64,000 bases of DNA, taken from NCBI GenBank assembly GCA_028286685.1, contig JAQBRA010000002.1, positions 129,073-193,072 of the forward strand, written 5' to 3'. The translations under genes and the position numbers were made by a program. The stretch is from Candidatus Adlerbacteria bacterium (GTDB taxonomy: Bacteria; Patescibacteriota; Minisyncoccia; Phycocordibacterales; SBAW01). The notes below the pieces were generated by a model that was not told the DNA's origin, did not search any database, and saw only the letters and a list, made by a program, of their open reading frames with translations. This document shows, one piece after another, positions 41,696 to 51,466 of this stretch (the first letter of the stretch is position 1; each line of letters begins with the position of its first letter).

Positions 41696-42313
41696 TTATG
41701 CGATTTGAATTGAGCGGAAGCGTTGTGCCCCCGTCCACTCATCACCATCGGCCTTCGGGTAGTCGTACCAGCCGCGCGCCGACCAGTTGTCAACTTTGTG
41801 GCAGAACGCAGCCAGTTCGTTCATCACCCGATGCGTTGATGAGTAGTCCTTGTACTCACCCTCGACATAGGTGAAGCCGTTGAGCTGCATTGGCGTCAAC
41901 ACCAAGCCGTATTCCGCGAGCTTGTCCTCACGGAACTTTTTGAACTCTTCCTTAGTCGAAAGACCGTCGCGGTTGGAAACCTGGCCATCCTCGACCAGTA
42001 TCCGCCACGGTTTCTCCAGGTCGTGGAGGAAGAAGACGAGTAGTGCGTCCGAGAGCGAGAACGGTAACGGCCGGCCAAACGCCCTGTCGAAGGCATAGAG
42101 GTGCCGGGCATAGTTCATGCCATCGACCACGTGGTCGATATAGCCGCCATCCCACGTGTGGTGATTATGAGTCGAGCCTCGTGCCCGCTCGAACAGGGCA
42201 CGATGGTCGGCTAAGATACGCTTGCAGATGCTCCCATTTGACTCGTCGATGAGGTCCAGCAGAGCCTCTATCGGGAGATAGTTGAGGGGAATATACGCCT
42301 CTTTCATAGTCAT
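41696..42313 (-). CDS. HD-domain phosphohydrolase (YhaM-like HD motif, cargo)
   Basis: ARGS..NHH.W.GGY.DHV ... LHDLEK ... D pattern. Confidence 0.7.
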   Translation of the reverse strand: MTMKEAYIPLNYLPIEALLDLIDESNGSICKRILADHRALFERARGSTHNHHTWDGGYIDHVVDGMNYARHLYAFDRAFGRPLPFSLSDALLVFFLHDLEKPWRILVEDGQVSNRDGLSTKEEFKKFREDKLAEYGLVLTPMQLNGFTYVEGEYKDYSSTHRVMNELAAFCHKVDNWSARGWYDYPKADGDEWTGAQRFRSIQIA

Positions 42314-42365
42314 CCCTTTCTAAAGAACTGCCCGCACTATGCCAAAAATAAGGATAAAAAGAAAG

Positions 42366-42463
42366 CCGCGGTCCGGCTTTCGAATCCCTCACGCAAAGTG
42401 CCCCACACTTTGCTCCTCTCCGCTAACAAAAATGGCGCCTCATTGGCGCTCATTCTTGTACTA
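42366..42463 (-). repeat. tRNA-3'-associated structured element, proximal half (Ser copy)
   Basis: Hairpin, antisense acceptor (42415-42425), inserted hairpin, antisense T-arm (42379-42390), then AGCCGGACCG core start. Confidence 0.85.
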
Positions 42464-42464
42464 G

Positions 42465-42555
42465 CGGAGAGGGAGGGATTCGAACCCTCGATACGGATAT
42501 TACCCCGTATGGGGGATTAGCAATCCCCTGCTTTCAGCCGCTCAGCCACCTCTCC
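42465..42555 (-). tRNA. tRNA-Ser(GCT)
   Basis: GGAGAGG acceptor, loop TTGCTAA, long variable arm, G73. Confidence 0.95.
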
Positions 42556-42624
42556 TTGCTTGCTCAATTTACACTAAAAAAGGCCTTAGCGCATCCTGCG
42601 TAAGGCCTTTTTTTGTTTCCCCTA

Positions 42625-42972
42625 TTACATCCCCATATGCGGGATCTCCATCACGTCTATCGTCGCATTCGGGATAGTCGCATGCGGGCAGTCTGCAAAT
42701 ATCTCGCAGGCAGCCTCGTGGGTCTCGGCCTCCACTATCTGGCAGAAGTTAAGGTCGTTGCGCGTATCCTTAACGCCGTCCACGCTTACGGTCTTGGTCT
42801 TGCCCAGGGGCCAGCCCTTCTCAACAAAGCTCGAAGCGTGCTTGGCCATCCACGTGCTCATGTCCTCCCCCAGCTTCTTGCCCTGAGCCATCATCTCCTC
42901 CTGGCTCGTGGTCTTCTTCCACTCCTCCATGGTCGCGACCGGCACGCGGAATATTGCAAAGTATTTTTTCAT
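42625..42972 (-). CDS. YCII-related protein
   Basis: W..W...G..LG.TK.V...G, I.EA...EAA......CPH pattern. Confidence 0.7.
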   Translation of the reverse strand: MKKYFAIFRVPVATMEEWKKTTSQEEMMAQGKKLGEDMSTWMAKHASSFVEKGWPLGKTKTVSVDGVKDTRNDLNFCQIVEAETHEAACEIFADCPHATIPNATIDVMEIPHMGM

Positions 42973-42975
42973 GTC

Positions 42976-43053
42976 CTAACGAGTGAGCGATTAAAAGCTC
43001 GCTTTTAATTCCGAGCGAGTGACGGGCATATGAGACGTCCTCGTGCTCATATG
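42976..43053 (-). repeat. Promoter-proximal 78-bp repeat, copy B
   Basis: Lies between TATACT (43059-43064) and the ATG at 42972. Confidence 0.9.
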
Positions 43054-43086
43054 AGGCCAGTATACCAAACAGGCTAGTCTACTGGT

Positions 43087-44238
43087 TTAGCGCGGCAGGT
43101 CAGCTTCGATCACCGTGTCTACTATCAGACTCTGCTCCAAGACGGGAGTGATGATGTTGCGGTCGATTTTCGATTGCGCCTTAAGCAGCACGTCGAGCTT
43201 TATAGACTTCCTGAGCGCCTCGGCAAAGAGGTCGGACGCTTCCGCGTAGCGGCCTTCCGCAAGCGTGGTGCTCCCCTGCTCCATGAGGCGGTTGATGCCT
43301 ACAAATTCTCCGGAGACTGCCGTTATGGCGGTGGGGTCGATCTTTTCCTTGCCGGCATCAAAGCGTACGCGGGCTGCGGCCAAAGCGTCGGCAGCGCGCA
43401 TCTCTAGCTTGGCTGCACGCTGTTCTTCCTCCGGGCTTCCCGGCACCTCCTCTATCATGTCGTTCTCCAAAGAGACAGTAGCATCAGTGTCGGTCGCCGT
43501 ATCGGTAGCAACCGTCACCGACATAGCCATCATCGTAGTTACTTCAGCAGGCTCGGCGACTTTTGCCGAGCGCATCAGGGCTGCCGGCGCATTGGCAGGA
43601 AGAGCAGATGCAATGGTGCGCGATGCTATTTTTGCAGCAACTGCGCCTGCCCCGTCTTGGTTGGCCTGCGTGCCGCCGCCAAGCGTCGCCAAGATAGCGC
43701 TATGGGCCGACAAGCTCGACTCGAGATTAGTGCGCAGCTCCGTAGCAGCAGCAGGATCCTCGGCCTCCACTTCAGCGGCAAGCGTCTTCGCATTCTCCGC
43801 ATGCACTTCAAAATTGGCCGCAAGCGCGTGCCCGGTCTCGGCCGTAAGTTCGCCTTGCGCAGCCAGGGTCTCGGCCTCTTCAACGCGGCGCTCGGCAAGC
43901 TTTGCCGACACCTCTGCCTTGGCAACCGGCGTCGTTGCAAGCGCGATCTCAACCGTCTCATTAATAGAAACTTTTATAGGGTATAGGAAATCGCCGGGCA
44001 AAGAGCCCTGTGCCGCGCCCGCAGTGCTGGCGCCCACGAACACGACCAAGAGCACCATGGCAGGGGCAAGCACGCGCGCCTGCACGAACTGGAACGAAAA
44101 TATAAAATACGGGCTTTGCTTGGGAGCAGCCTGGGGGGAGGGCGCGCCGAAAATCCGCGCTTTCATGGCGCTTTTTTCCGCAGGCGTCATCGCCAGTTTT
44201 GCGGCCTCGTTCTTCAAATTGTGCAGCGGGTTTTCCAT
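43087..44238 (-). CDS. Putative anti-sigma factor (DUF5667-like)
   Basis: TM followed by SLPGDFLYPIK...E...A..RVEEA; directly behind an ECF sigma. Confidence 0.75.
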   Translation of the reverse strand: MENPLHNLKNEAAKLAMTPAEKSAMKARIFGAPSPQAAPKQSPYFIFSFQFVQARVLAPAMVLLVVFVGASTAGAAQGSLPGDFLYPIKVSINETVEIALATTPVAKAEVSAKLAERRVEEAETLAAQGELTAETGHALAANFEVHAENAKTLAAEVEAEDPAAATELRTNLESSLSAHSAILATLGGGTQANQDGAGAVAAKIASRTIASALPANAPAALMRSAKVAEPAEVTTMMAMSVTVATDTATDTDATVSLENDMIEEVPGSPEEEQRAAKLEMRAADALAAARVRFDAGKEKIDPTAITAVSGEFVGINRLMEQGSTTLAEGRYAEASDLFAEALRKSIKLDVLLKAQSKIDRNIITPVLEQSLIVDTVIEADLPR

Positions 44239-44242
44239 AGTG

Positions 44243-44770
44243 TTATTGTTGCGGCTCCAGCATCGCCTTAAGCTTTTTAAGCCCGCGGTGCACGCGCACC
44301 GACACGACGTTCTCGCTCTCGCCTATCGCCTTGGCAATCTCCTGCGGCGACAGGCCGTCGACATAGCGCATGATGACCGCTTCGCGATACGGCTCGGCCA
44401 AATCCTTAAGCGCCGCCAAGGCCAAGGTGCCGTCGTAGCGGCCCACTGCCGCCTCAAGCGTATTGCTTTCGTCAGCCGGCATATAGTCTTCCACCTCAGA
44501 CTCGTTGCGCTCCGCCATCGCCTCCAAGGACACCGTCTTGTGCTTGCGGTACTCGTCGATAATGAGGTTGCGCAGCGTCCGGTAGAGGAAGGGCCGCAAC
44601 TCGCGGATATCCTCCCCCCCTTTCTGGGCATAGACCCACACCTTCATAAAGCACTCCTGAGTCAGCTCCATGGCCCGCTCCCGGTCGGAAAGGCGCATAG
44701 CGGCATGCCTAAAGAGCTCATCGCTGTAGGCCTCAAAGGCCTCCTCAAAGGTATGTTGCAGGTCTTCCAT
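44243..44770 (-). CDS. ECF RNA polymerase sigma-70 factor
   Basis: Region 2 (ELTQECFMKVW, FLYR..RN..ID.YRK) and region 4 (LSPQEIA...V.VR.HRG..KL). Confidence 0.93.
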   Translation of the reverse strand: MEDLQHTFEEAFEAYSDELFRHAAMRLSDRERAMELTQECFMKVWVYAQKGGEDIRELRPFLYRTLRNLIIDEYRKHKTVSLEAMAERNESEVEDYMPADESNTLEAAVGRYDGTLALAALKDLAEPYREAVIMRYVDGLSPQEIAKAIGESENVVSVRVHRGLKKLKAMLEPQQ

Positions 44771-44815
44771 ATATAGAGACGGGCCAAGTGCCCAAGCCTT
44801 TCCTTCCCCCTTATA

Positions 44816-45970
44816 TTACCGTATAGCCCGCGCTACCGCTTGCGCTATGCCCTTTTCAAAGGGACCGGGTATGACTTTTTGAGCTGTCGGGCGCTTAACA
44901 AGCGCCGCCAGGTTCTGTGCCGCCTTCATCTTCATCTGGTCGGTAATCTTCTGCACCCTATTGTCCAAAGCGCCACGGAAGATGCCGGGGAATGCCAGCG
45001 AGTTGTTGACCTGATTGGGATAGTCGCTGCGGCCTGTGGCCACTACGGCCGCTCCCGCGGCAAGGGCAAGCTCCGGCAGAATCTCGGGCGTCGGGTTAGC
45101 CATCGCAAATATGATGGGCTTTGGCGCCATAGTCTTTATCATGACCGGCGTCAAAACGCCCGGCTTTGATACGCCAATAAATATGTTGGCATCAACCAGC
45201 GCCTTTTCCAGGCTCCCCTCGCCACCAGCAAATACAATGCCGTCTTTTATAAGCTTTTTCTTGGTGTCGTTTAAATCCTGGCGCGCGTTCCCGACAATGC
45301 CGACGCTGTCTACCGCAATAATATTTACTTTGGGCGCGGCAAGTTTCAAAAGGCGCATAATAGCGACACCCGCCGCCCCTACCCCGCTTACCACTATCCA
45401 GCAGTTAGGGTCGTTAAGCTTTTTGCCCACGACCTTGGCCGAGTTGATAAGCCCGGCCAACACCACAATGGCGGTGCCATGCTGGTCGTCGTGCATCACC
45501 GGGATGCTGAGCCGCTTCTTTAACTCCTCTTCAATGTAGAAGCACTTGGGCGCGGCAATGTCCTCGAGATTGATCCCGCCAAACGCCGGCGCCACCGCCA
45601 TAACCGCCGCGATTATCTCGTCGGGGTCCTGCGTGTCCAAAACCAAAGGGAATGCGTCTACGTCGGCAAAGGTCTTAAACAGCGCGCACTTGCCCTCCAT
45701 AACCGGCAACGCACCCAAAGGCCCGATATTGCCGAGCCCCAGCACAGCTGAGCCGTCGGAAATAACGGCGATCATACGGCCCTTAATAGTGTAGTCGCGG
45801 GCAAGCTTCGGATTTTTAGCAACCAGGGACGACACGGCCGCCACGCCCGGTGTGTAGACTAGGGAAAGGTCGTCGCGGTTTGCCACCTTGGCGGCCGGCA
45901 TGATGCGGATTTTGCCGCCCAGCTTCTTGTGCAGGGCAATAGCTGCTTTTGAGACGTCTTTTTTAGCCAT
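44816..45970 (-). CDS. NAD(P)-dependent malic enzyme
   Basis: YTPGVA, DGSAVLGLGNIG, NLEDI, HDDQHGT, ANPTPEI, NQVNNSLAFPG. Confidence 0.95.
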   Translation of the reverse strand: MAKKDVSKAAIALHKKLGGKIRIMPAAKVANRDDLSLVYTPGVAAVSSLVAKNPKLARDYTIKGRMIAVISDGSAVLGLGNIGPLGALPVMEGKCALFKTFADVDAFPLVLDTQDPDEIIAAVMAVAPAFGGINLEDIAAPKCFYIEEELKKRLSIPVMHDDQHGTAIVVLAGLINSAKVVGKKLNDPNCWIVVSGVGAAGVAIMRLLKLAAPKVNIIAVDSVGIVGNARQDLNDTKKKLIKDGIVFAGGEGSLEKALVDANIFIGVSKPGVLTPVMIKTMAPKPIIFAMANPTPEILPELALAAGAAVVATGRSDYPNQVNNSLAFPGIFRGALDNRVQKITDQMKMKAAQNLAALVKRPTAQKVIPGPFEKGIAQAVARAIR

Positions 45971-46007
45971 TGGCAGAGTATATCAAAGAAAAGAAAAAGC
46001 CGTCTTT

Positions 46008-46415
46008 TCAGACGGCTTTTTGCCAGGGCGCCCGGCCGGTAAATATCCAGCGCTTCATTCCGAAGTTCCAGAAGAAGATTGGTATCACCAGCACTATGCT
46101 CGAGCTTAGCTTATTCTCGACTACCAGCTCGTGAAAGATAAATACCCGGGCTGCTAAGTTGGGCGACTTAAGGAACACAAAGAGCGGTAGTTGCCGCCAC
46201 AGCGGCGTGTACTGCGCCCCGAATGTAATAAACCGATGTCCCAAGAAGCTAATACTGTACCCGACTGCAGCCCCAGCCAGCGAAGCTTCCACGCCCCGAC
46301 TTCGTCCCCATATATACAGGCAAGCAAATACAACTGCAGTATCTGTAATGCCTCCGATCATCCCGACGGGCCAGTACCGCAGGCCGCGAAACACATCAGT
46401 CCTAAATGGTCCCAT
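46008..46415 (-). CDS. GtrA-family membrane protein
   Basis: RY..VG, F..HR.ITF, WNF...RWIF. Confidence 0.7.
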   Translation of the reverse strand: MGPFRTDVFRGLRYWPVGMIGGITDTAVVFACLYIWGRSRGVEASLAGAAVGYSISFLGHRFITFGAQYTPLWRQLPLFVFLKSPNLAARVFIFHELVVENKLSSSIVLVIPIFFWNFGMKRWIFTGRAPWQKAV

Positions 46416-46456
46416 GCCTTACTCCTTCTATCCGCCGTTATTGATATACTCCCTGC

Positions 46457-48625
46457 ATGGAGCTGTCAAAGCCGGTTACCGATTACTTCCGCCTCGTCGA
46501 CACGCAAAAGGCGGCGCTCGACCGGCTTGGTATAAAAACCGTGCGCGACCTGCTGCACCATTTCCCCACCCGATATGAGATAGCGGGCGAGGGCGCCGAG
46601 ATAGCCGGGCTGGTATCGGGCCAGGAGGCTTCAGTAGTAGGCACGCTGGAGAAGATGGAGGCCAAAAAAGGCTGGAAGTCGCGCATCCCCATGACCGAAG
46701 GCTACCTGCGCGATAACACCGGACGCATCAAATGCCGCTGGTTCAATCAGCCCTATATTTCCAAAATGTACGCCGAGGGCACCTTGGTCAAAGCGACCGG
46801 CAAGGTAACCGGGAGCGAAGGCAAGCTATACCTCGCCAACCCGCAGCTGGAAAAGGTGTCAGTAACCGAGAGCGCCCTGTTTGAGAAAGAAAAAGTCATC
46901 AATGCCGACTCCGGCGAGGAAGCGCACGAGCTGTTTGCGATCTATCCCGAAAGCCGCGGCACCACCAGCCTCTGGATGCGCCACGCGGTCGCCAAGTTCT
47001 TAACCCAAGAAGTGCTGGATCAGGTAGAGGATCCTATCCCTGCCGACCTGCTCAAGAGCTATCACTTGCCCACCTTGCGGACTGCACTGGTCTGGGTCCA
47101 TACGCCGCACAAATTGGCGCAGGCCGAGGCCGCCCGCAAGCGCTTCGCCTTCGAGGAAGTGTTTATGATCCAGCTGGAGCGCGGCCGCGAGCGGGCCCTG
47201 CAGGCCAAAGAAAAGAGCTTCGCGGTCGATGCACCCGAGCCCGAAGTCCAGAAATTTATAGACGACTTCCCTTTCGACGCGACCGACGCACAGATCGCAG
47301 CCATTGAGGCGATACTGACCGACATGCGTTCGGGCCGCCCCATGTCGCGGCTCTTGGAGGGCGACGTGGGCTCGGGCAAGACCGCGGTTGCGGCCACCGC
47401 CGCCTACGCCGCCGTGCGCACCCGGCCCGAGGGCCAGAAAAACGGCACGCTCCAAGTGGCTTACATGGCGCCCACGGAAATTCTGGCCAAGCAGCACTTC
47501 GAGTCGTTCATCGACTACTTCGAGCACTACCCTATCAACATAGGGCTTATTACCGGCTCGGGCTGCTTTAAATTCCCTTCCAAAATAAACAAAGATAAAT
47601 TTACGCCCATATCGCGCACGCAGCTCCTCAAGTGGGTAGCAGGCGGCGAGATACCGGTACTCATCGGCACGCACGCGCTCATACAAAAGAGCGTCGCCTT
47701 CAAGCACCTGGCGCTGGTCGTTATCGACGAGCAGCACCGCTTCGGCACCAATCAGCGCCGCATGCTTGCGCGCAAGGAGTCGCGGCTGCCGCACCTTCTG
47801 AGCATGACCGCCACGCCCATCCCGCGCACGCTGGCACTGACCGTGTACGGCGACCTCGATCTGACCCTGCTCGACCAGATGCCGCCGGGCCGCAAGCCAA
47901 TCATTACCGAGATAGTTAAGCCGGCCGAGCGCCCGAAAGCGTATGCGAAGATGCACGAGCAGCTGAAGGAAGGCCGCCAGGCGTACGTCATATGCCCGCG
48001 CATCGACGAGCCGGACCCGGACAAGGCCTTCGCGCTCCAGGCCAAGTCGGTTACCGCCGAGGCCAAGCGGCTCAAAAAGGATATCTTTCCGGAATACGAG
48101 ATAGAAATCCTGCACTCCAAGATGACGCCCAAGGAAAAGGACGACGTCATGGCAAGGTTCTCAAAGCACGAGGTAGATATACTGGTCGCCACCTCGGTGG
48201 TGGAAGTCGGCGTCAACGTGCCCAACGCCACGATGATATTCATAGAAGGCGCCGAGCGCTTCGGACTCTCGCAGCTCCACCAGCTGCGCGGCCGCGTGGT
48301 GCGCTCCAACCATCAGGCCTACTGCTTTGTCTGCCCCGAGTCCCGCGGCGAGTCGACACTCAAGCGTCTCAAAGCGCTCACGACCGCCAAGAACGGCTTC
48401 GAGCTCGCGGAGGCCGACCTGCTGCAGCGCGGACCCGGGGAACTCTCCGGCCGCAAGCAGTGGGGCATCTCCGACATCGGCATGGAGGCGCTGAAGAACC
48501 TCAAGCTGGTGGAGGCCGCCCGGCAAGAAGCCCGTCAGCTCATAAAGAAAGATGAGGCTCTCGCCCGCCATCCCCTCCTCTCCCGGGCGCTGGCTGCACG
48601 GGCATCACAGATGCATTTGGAGTAG
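46457..48625 (+). CDS. recG: ATP-dependent DNA helicase RecG
   Basis: GDVGSGKT, DEQHRFG, MTATPIPRT, QLHQLRGRV. Confidence 0.97.
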   Translation: MELSKPVTDYFRLVDTQKAALDRLGIKTVRDLLHHFPTRYEIAGEGAEIAGLVSGQEASVVGTLEKMEAKKGWKSRIPMTEGYLRDNTGRIKCRWFNQPYISKMYAEGTLVKATGKVTGSEGKLYLANPQLEKVSVTESALFEKEKVINADSGEEAHELFAIYPESRGTTSLWMRHAVAKFLTQEVLDQVEDPIPADLLKSYHLPTLRTALVWVHTPHKLAQAEAARKRFAFEEVFMIQLERGRERALQAKEKSFAVDAPEPEVQKFIDDFPFDATDAQIAAIEAILTDMRSGRPMSRLLEGDVGSGKTAVAATAAYAAVRTRPEGQKNGTLQVAYMAPTEILAKQHFESFIDYFEHYPINIGLITGSGCFKFPSKINKDKFTPISRTQLLKWVAGGEIPVLIGTHALIQKSVAFKHLALVVIDEQHRFGTNQRRMLARKESRLPHLLSMTATPIPRTLALTVYGDLDLTLLDQMPPGRKPIITEIVKPAERPKAYAKMHEQLKEGRQAYVICPRIDEPDPDKAFALQAKSVTAEAKRLKKDIFPEYEIEILHSKMTPKEKDDVMARFSKHEVDILVATSVVEVGVNVPNATMIFIEGAERFGLSQLHQLRGRVVRSNHQAYCFVCPESRGESTLKRLKALTTAKNGFELAEADLLQRGPGELSGRKQWGISDIGMEALKNLKLVEAARQEARQLIKKDEALARHPLLSRALAARASQMHLE

Positions 48626-48649
48626 GAGTGCGCTATATTTGGCATCATC

Positions 48650-48721
48650 GGGCGCGTAGCTCAGTGGTAGAGCCGTCGTCTTATACACGACTGGTCGCAG
48701 GTTCGATCCCTGCCGCGCCCA
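48650..48721 (+). tRNA. tRNA with TAT anticodon (tRNA-Ile(UAU))
   Basis: GGGCGCG acceptor, anticodon arm GTCGT-CTTATAC-ACGAC, T-loop TTCGATC, A73. Confidence 0.85.
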
Positions 48722-48864
48722 CAAAAGACACTAGCACCTGCCCTGCGGCAGGTGTTGTGCTTTTGTGGGAGGGGTTTTTCTTATCCACTCATTAAAATTT
48801 AAGGATTAGGTGCTACTATCTAATTTTAGAGATCTCCTGTTCCACTGCATACAGCGAGGCGCCC

Positions 48865-49068
48865 ATGCCATTGGAAATCGACTACACCCTTGAGCGCACC
48901 CACCGCAGGAACATCACTGCCGCAAAAGAGCTCGGCCTTTCCTTCAATAAGGATCTGAACGGCTTTGCCGACAAGGCCGGCAAGCTCGTCGGATGCGGAT
49001 ACGACGAATCGAACGACCGGCGCTGGGGGCACCTTAGTCCCAGCGACGTGGTGAACTGCCACCGCTAA
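48865..49068 (+). CDS. Small hypothetical protein (67 aa)
   Basis: GAGG before ATG, terminator at about 49080-49114. Confidence 0.55.
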   Translation: MPLEIDYTLERTHRRNITAAKELGLSFNKDLNGFADKAGKLVGCGYDESNDRRWGHLSPSDVVNCHR

Positions 49069-49170
49069 AGAGCAACAAAGAATCCCCGACCGAAAGGCCG
49101 GGGATGTTTCTTTTCTCGGGCTTCTGTTAGAGTACCAGCAGCCCAGGATCCCTCTATAGAGGAGTGTTTC

Positions 49171-49350
49171 GTGTACAAAGAACAGGTAGCAAGACTGTTT
49201 GACCAGTGGGACCAGATACTCCCGAACTGGCACCTATACATGGCGGCGCTTTGCTTTAGCATAGCTGCAGTCTTATACGTAAAATTAGTCCGCGTGAAAA
49301 AAGTTCCTGCAAAACAAGCCGAGCGCACCGCCGAAGAAGCCGGAGAGTAG
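49171..49350 (+). CDS. Small single-TM protein (59 aa)
   Basis: GAGGAG then GTG; MYKEQVARLFDQWDQILPNWHLYMAALCFSIAAVLYVKLVRVKK... Confidence 0.55.
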   Translation: MYKEQVARLFDQWDQILPNWHLYMAALCFSIAAVLYVKLVRVKKVPAKQAERTAEEAGE

Positions 49351-49468
49351 GCGTATTGTATTTTCCAAGCCGGAGACCTGAAAGAGATGCAGCTCCCCGA
49401 CTCAGCCTGACAACCAGCGCAGATTAAAAAATCCCCGGCCTTTCGGTCAGGGATTTTTCTTTTTCCTG

Positions 49469-51409
49469 TTAAACGAGCGGCTGGTGCTCTATGTCCTGCT
49501 TCTTTTTGGGGGTGACGCCGCCGGCGATGAGGATCTTTTCGAACTCCTCGCGCTCCAGGGTTTCCTTTTCTACCAGCACCTCCGCAATGGTGTTAAGCAG
49601 CGGGCGGTGCTTGGTAATGATGTCGAGCGCCTTTGCGTATGCCTCGTCGATTATCAGCTTTACCTCGACGTCTATTTCCGACGAGATCTTCTCGGAGTAC
49701 TCCTTGCCGTCTACTCCGCCGCCAAACAGCGCGCGGCCGCCGTCGCCTTCAAGGGCCACGGTGCCCATCTTGTCGGACATGCCATAGCGGGTAACCATGG
49801 CGCGCGCGAGCGAGGTCAGCACCTGCAAGTCGTTAGAAGGGCCGGTCGTAATATCGCCAAAGACCTCTTTTTCGGCAATATAGCCGCCCAAAGACATGGC
49901 AATATCGTCGAGGAACTCCTTCTTGCTCTGCATCTTCTTGTCCTCAAACGGGAGCTTGAGCGTATAGCCGGCAGCGCGGCCACGCGAGATTATCGAAATC
50001 TTGTGGACCGGGTCGGCGTACGGCAAGACCGATGCAACCAGCGCATGGCCGGCCTCGTGGTAGGCAGTAATCTCTTTTTCTTTCTTATTCAAAACATGCG
50101 ACTTGCGCTCCGGTCCGAGCATGACCTTCTCAATCGAGCGGATGAGGTCGTACTGCGCGACCGTCTTGCGGCCCTCGCGCGCAGCCAAGATAGCGCCCTC
50201 GTTCATGAGCGAGAAGAGGTCAGCGCCCGAGAAGCCCGGCGTGCGCTCGGCAATAACCTCTAGATTGATATCCTCGGCCAGGGGCTTCTTGCGAGCATGC
50301 ACCTGGAGAATCGCCAAGCGGTCGCCGCGGTCCGGAAGGTCGATAGTGACGCGGCGGTCGAAGCGGCCCGGGCGCAAAAGGGCCGGGTCCAAAACGTCAG
50401 GGCGGTTGGTGGCAGCCATAACGATAACCTTCTCGTTGGGCTCAAAACCGTCCATCTCGACGAGTATCTGGTTAAGGGTCTGCTCGCGCTCATCGTTGCC
50501 GCCCCCTACCCCGGTGCCGCGCACGCGGCCCACAGCATCGATCTCATCGACGAAAATAATCGCGGGCGCCGCCTTCTTGGCAGTCAGGAAGAGGTCGCGC
50601 ACGCGGGAGGCACCCACGCCCACGAACATCTCAACGAACTCCGATCCGGAAATAGACATAAACGGCACGCCCGCCTCGCCAGCGACTGCGCGAGCCAGCA
50701 AGGTCTTGCCGGTACCCGGCGCACCCATGAGCAGAATGCCCTTCGGGATGCGTGCGCCGATGTCGAGGAATTTCTTCGGGTTCTTTAAAAAGTCGACGAT
50801 TTCCAAAAGCTCCTCCTTGGCTTCCTTAGCACCCGCCACATCCTTAAACGTGATGCGCGTCTCGCTGTCGTTGGGGTCCTGGATGCGCGGCTTGCTTTGG
50901 CCGAACGAGAACGCCTGCATGCCCGCGCCCTTCACTTGGCGCGACAGGTACCAGACAAAGAATGCAATAAGGAGTATTGGAGCCAGGAACGGAGCCAAAG
51001 CTTGGAGCCAGAACTGGAAGGAGCTCTCGCGCTTGATGTCGATAGACACGCGGTCGAGCGCCTCCTTGGCAACGCCGTAATTGGCCAGGGTTTCGGTCAG
51101 ACCCGACTCGGCCTCTTTCTTGGACTTCTTCTCGGTCTGGTCCGCATAGGTCACGGCCAAGTCGTCGCCGTCGACCACTATCTTAGTGATGATCCCCGCG
51201 CTCATGTCTTGAGCCAATTGGGAAATAGCAATCTCCTCCGGCTTTTCCTGGGTATCTCCGGCCAGGTAGCTGTACGCGCCGGCGAACATTAAAAGGAGCA
51301 GCACGGAGACGCCTAGGTTTATCCAGAAAGAGTCCCCTTGCGGGAGCTGGGGAATATTAGAGCGCTTTGGGCGCTTGCCCGTGGGCAGGTCTTTTGGTGT
51401 CTCGGCCAT
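49469..51409 (-). CDS. ftsH: ATP-dependent zinc metalloprotease FtsH
   Basis: Two [29 protein letters not shown]. Confidence 0.98.
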   Translation of the reverse strand: MAETPKDLPTGKRPKRSNIPQLPQGDSFWINLGVSVLLLLMFAGAYSYLAGDTQEKPEEIAISQLAQDMSAGIITKIVVDGDDLAVTYADQTEKKSKKEAESGLTETLANYGVAKEALDRVSIDIKRESSFQFWLQALAPFLAPILLIAFFVWYLSRQVKGAGMQAFSFGQSKPRIQDPNDSETRITFKDVAGAKEAKEELLEIVDFLKNPKKFLDIGARIPKGILLMGAPGTGKTLLARAVAGEAGVPFMSISGSEFVEMFVGVGASRVRDLFLTAKKAAPAIIFVDEIDAVGRVRGTGVGGGNDEREQTLNQILVEMDGFEPNEKVIVMAATNRPDVLDPALLRPGRFDRRVTIDLPDRGDRLAILQVHARKKPLAEDINLEVIAERTPGFSGADLFSLMNEGAILAAREGRKTVAQYDLIRSIEKVMLGPERKSHVLNKKEKEITAYHEAGHALVASVLPYADPVHKISIISRGRAAGYTLKLPFEDKKMQSKKEFLDDIAMSLGGYIAEKEVFGDITTGPSNDLQVLTSLARAMVTRYGMSDKMGTVALEGDGGRALFGGGVDGKEYSEKISSEIDVEVKLIIDEAYAKALDIITKHRPLLNTIAEVLVEKETLEREEFEKILIAGGVTPKKKQDIEHQPLV

Positions 51410-51466
51410 GTGACCTTAATACTAGCATTTGCATGAATATTTGGCGAAATGCGGTAGAGTAACTGC

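Noticed and set aside
38772-42463. Prophage or classical integrative element at tRNA-Ser
   Set aside because: No integrase, replication or structural genes; only junction repeats and short cargo
43265-44776. Long antisense ORFs (for example 43265-44776, 2539-3702, 47000-48115, 50103-51080)
   Set aside because: They are shadows of well-supported genes on the opposite strand in GC-rich sequence
48718-48769. Hairpin after tRNA(UAU) whose arm extends into the tRNA 3' end, as a fifth element copy
   Set aside because: Only the terminator and a few antisense bases are present; the shared core and direct repeat are absent
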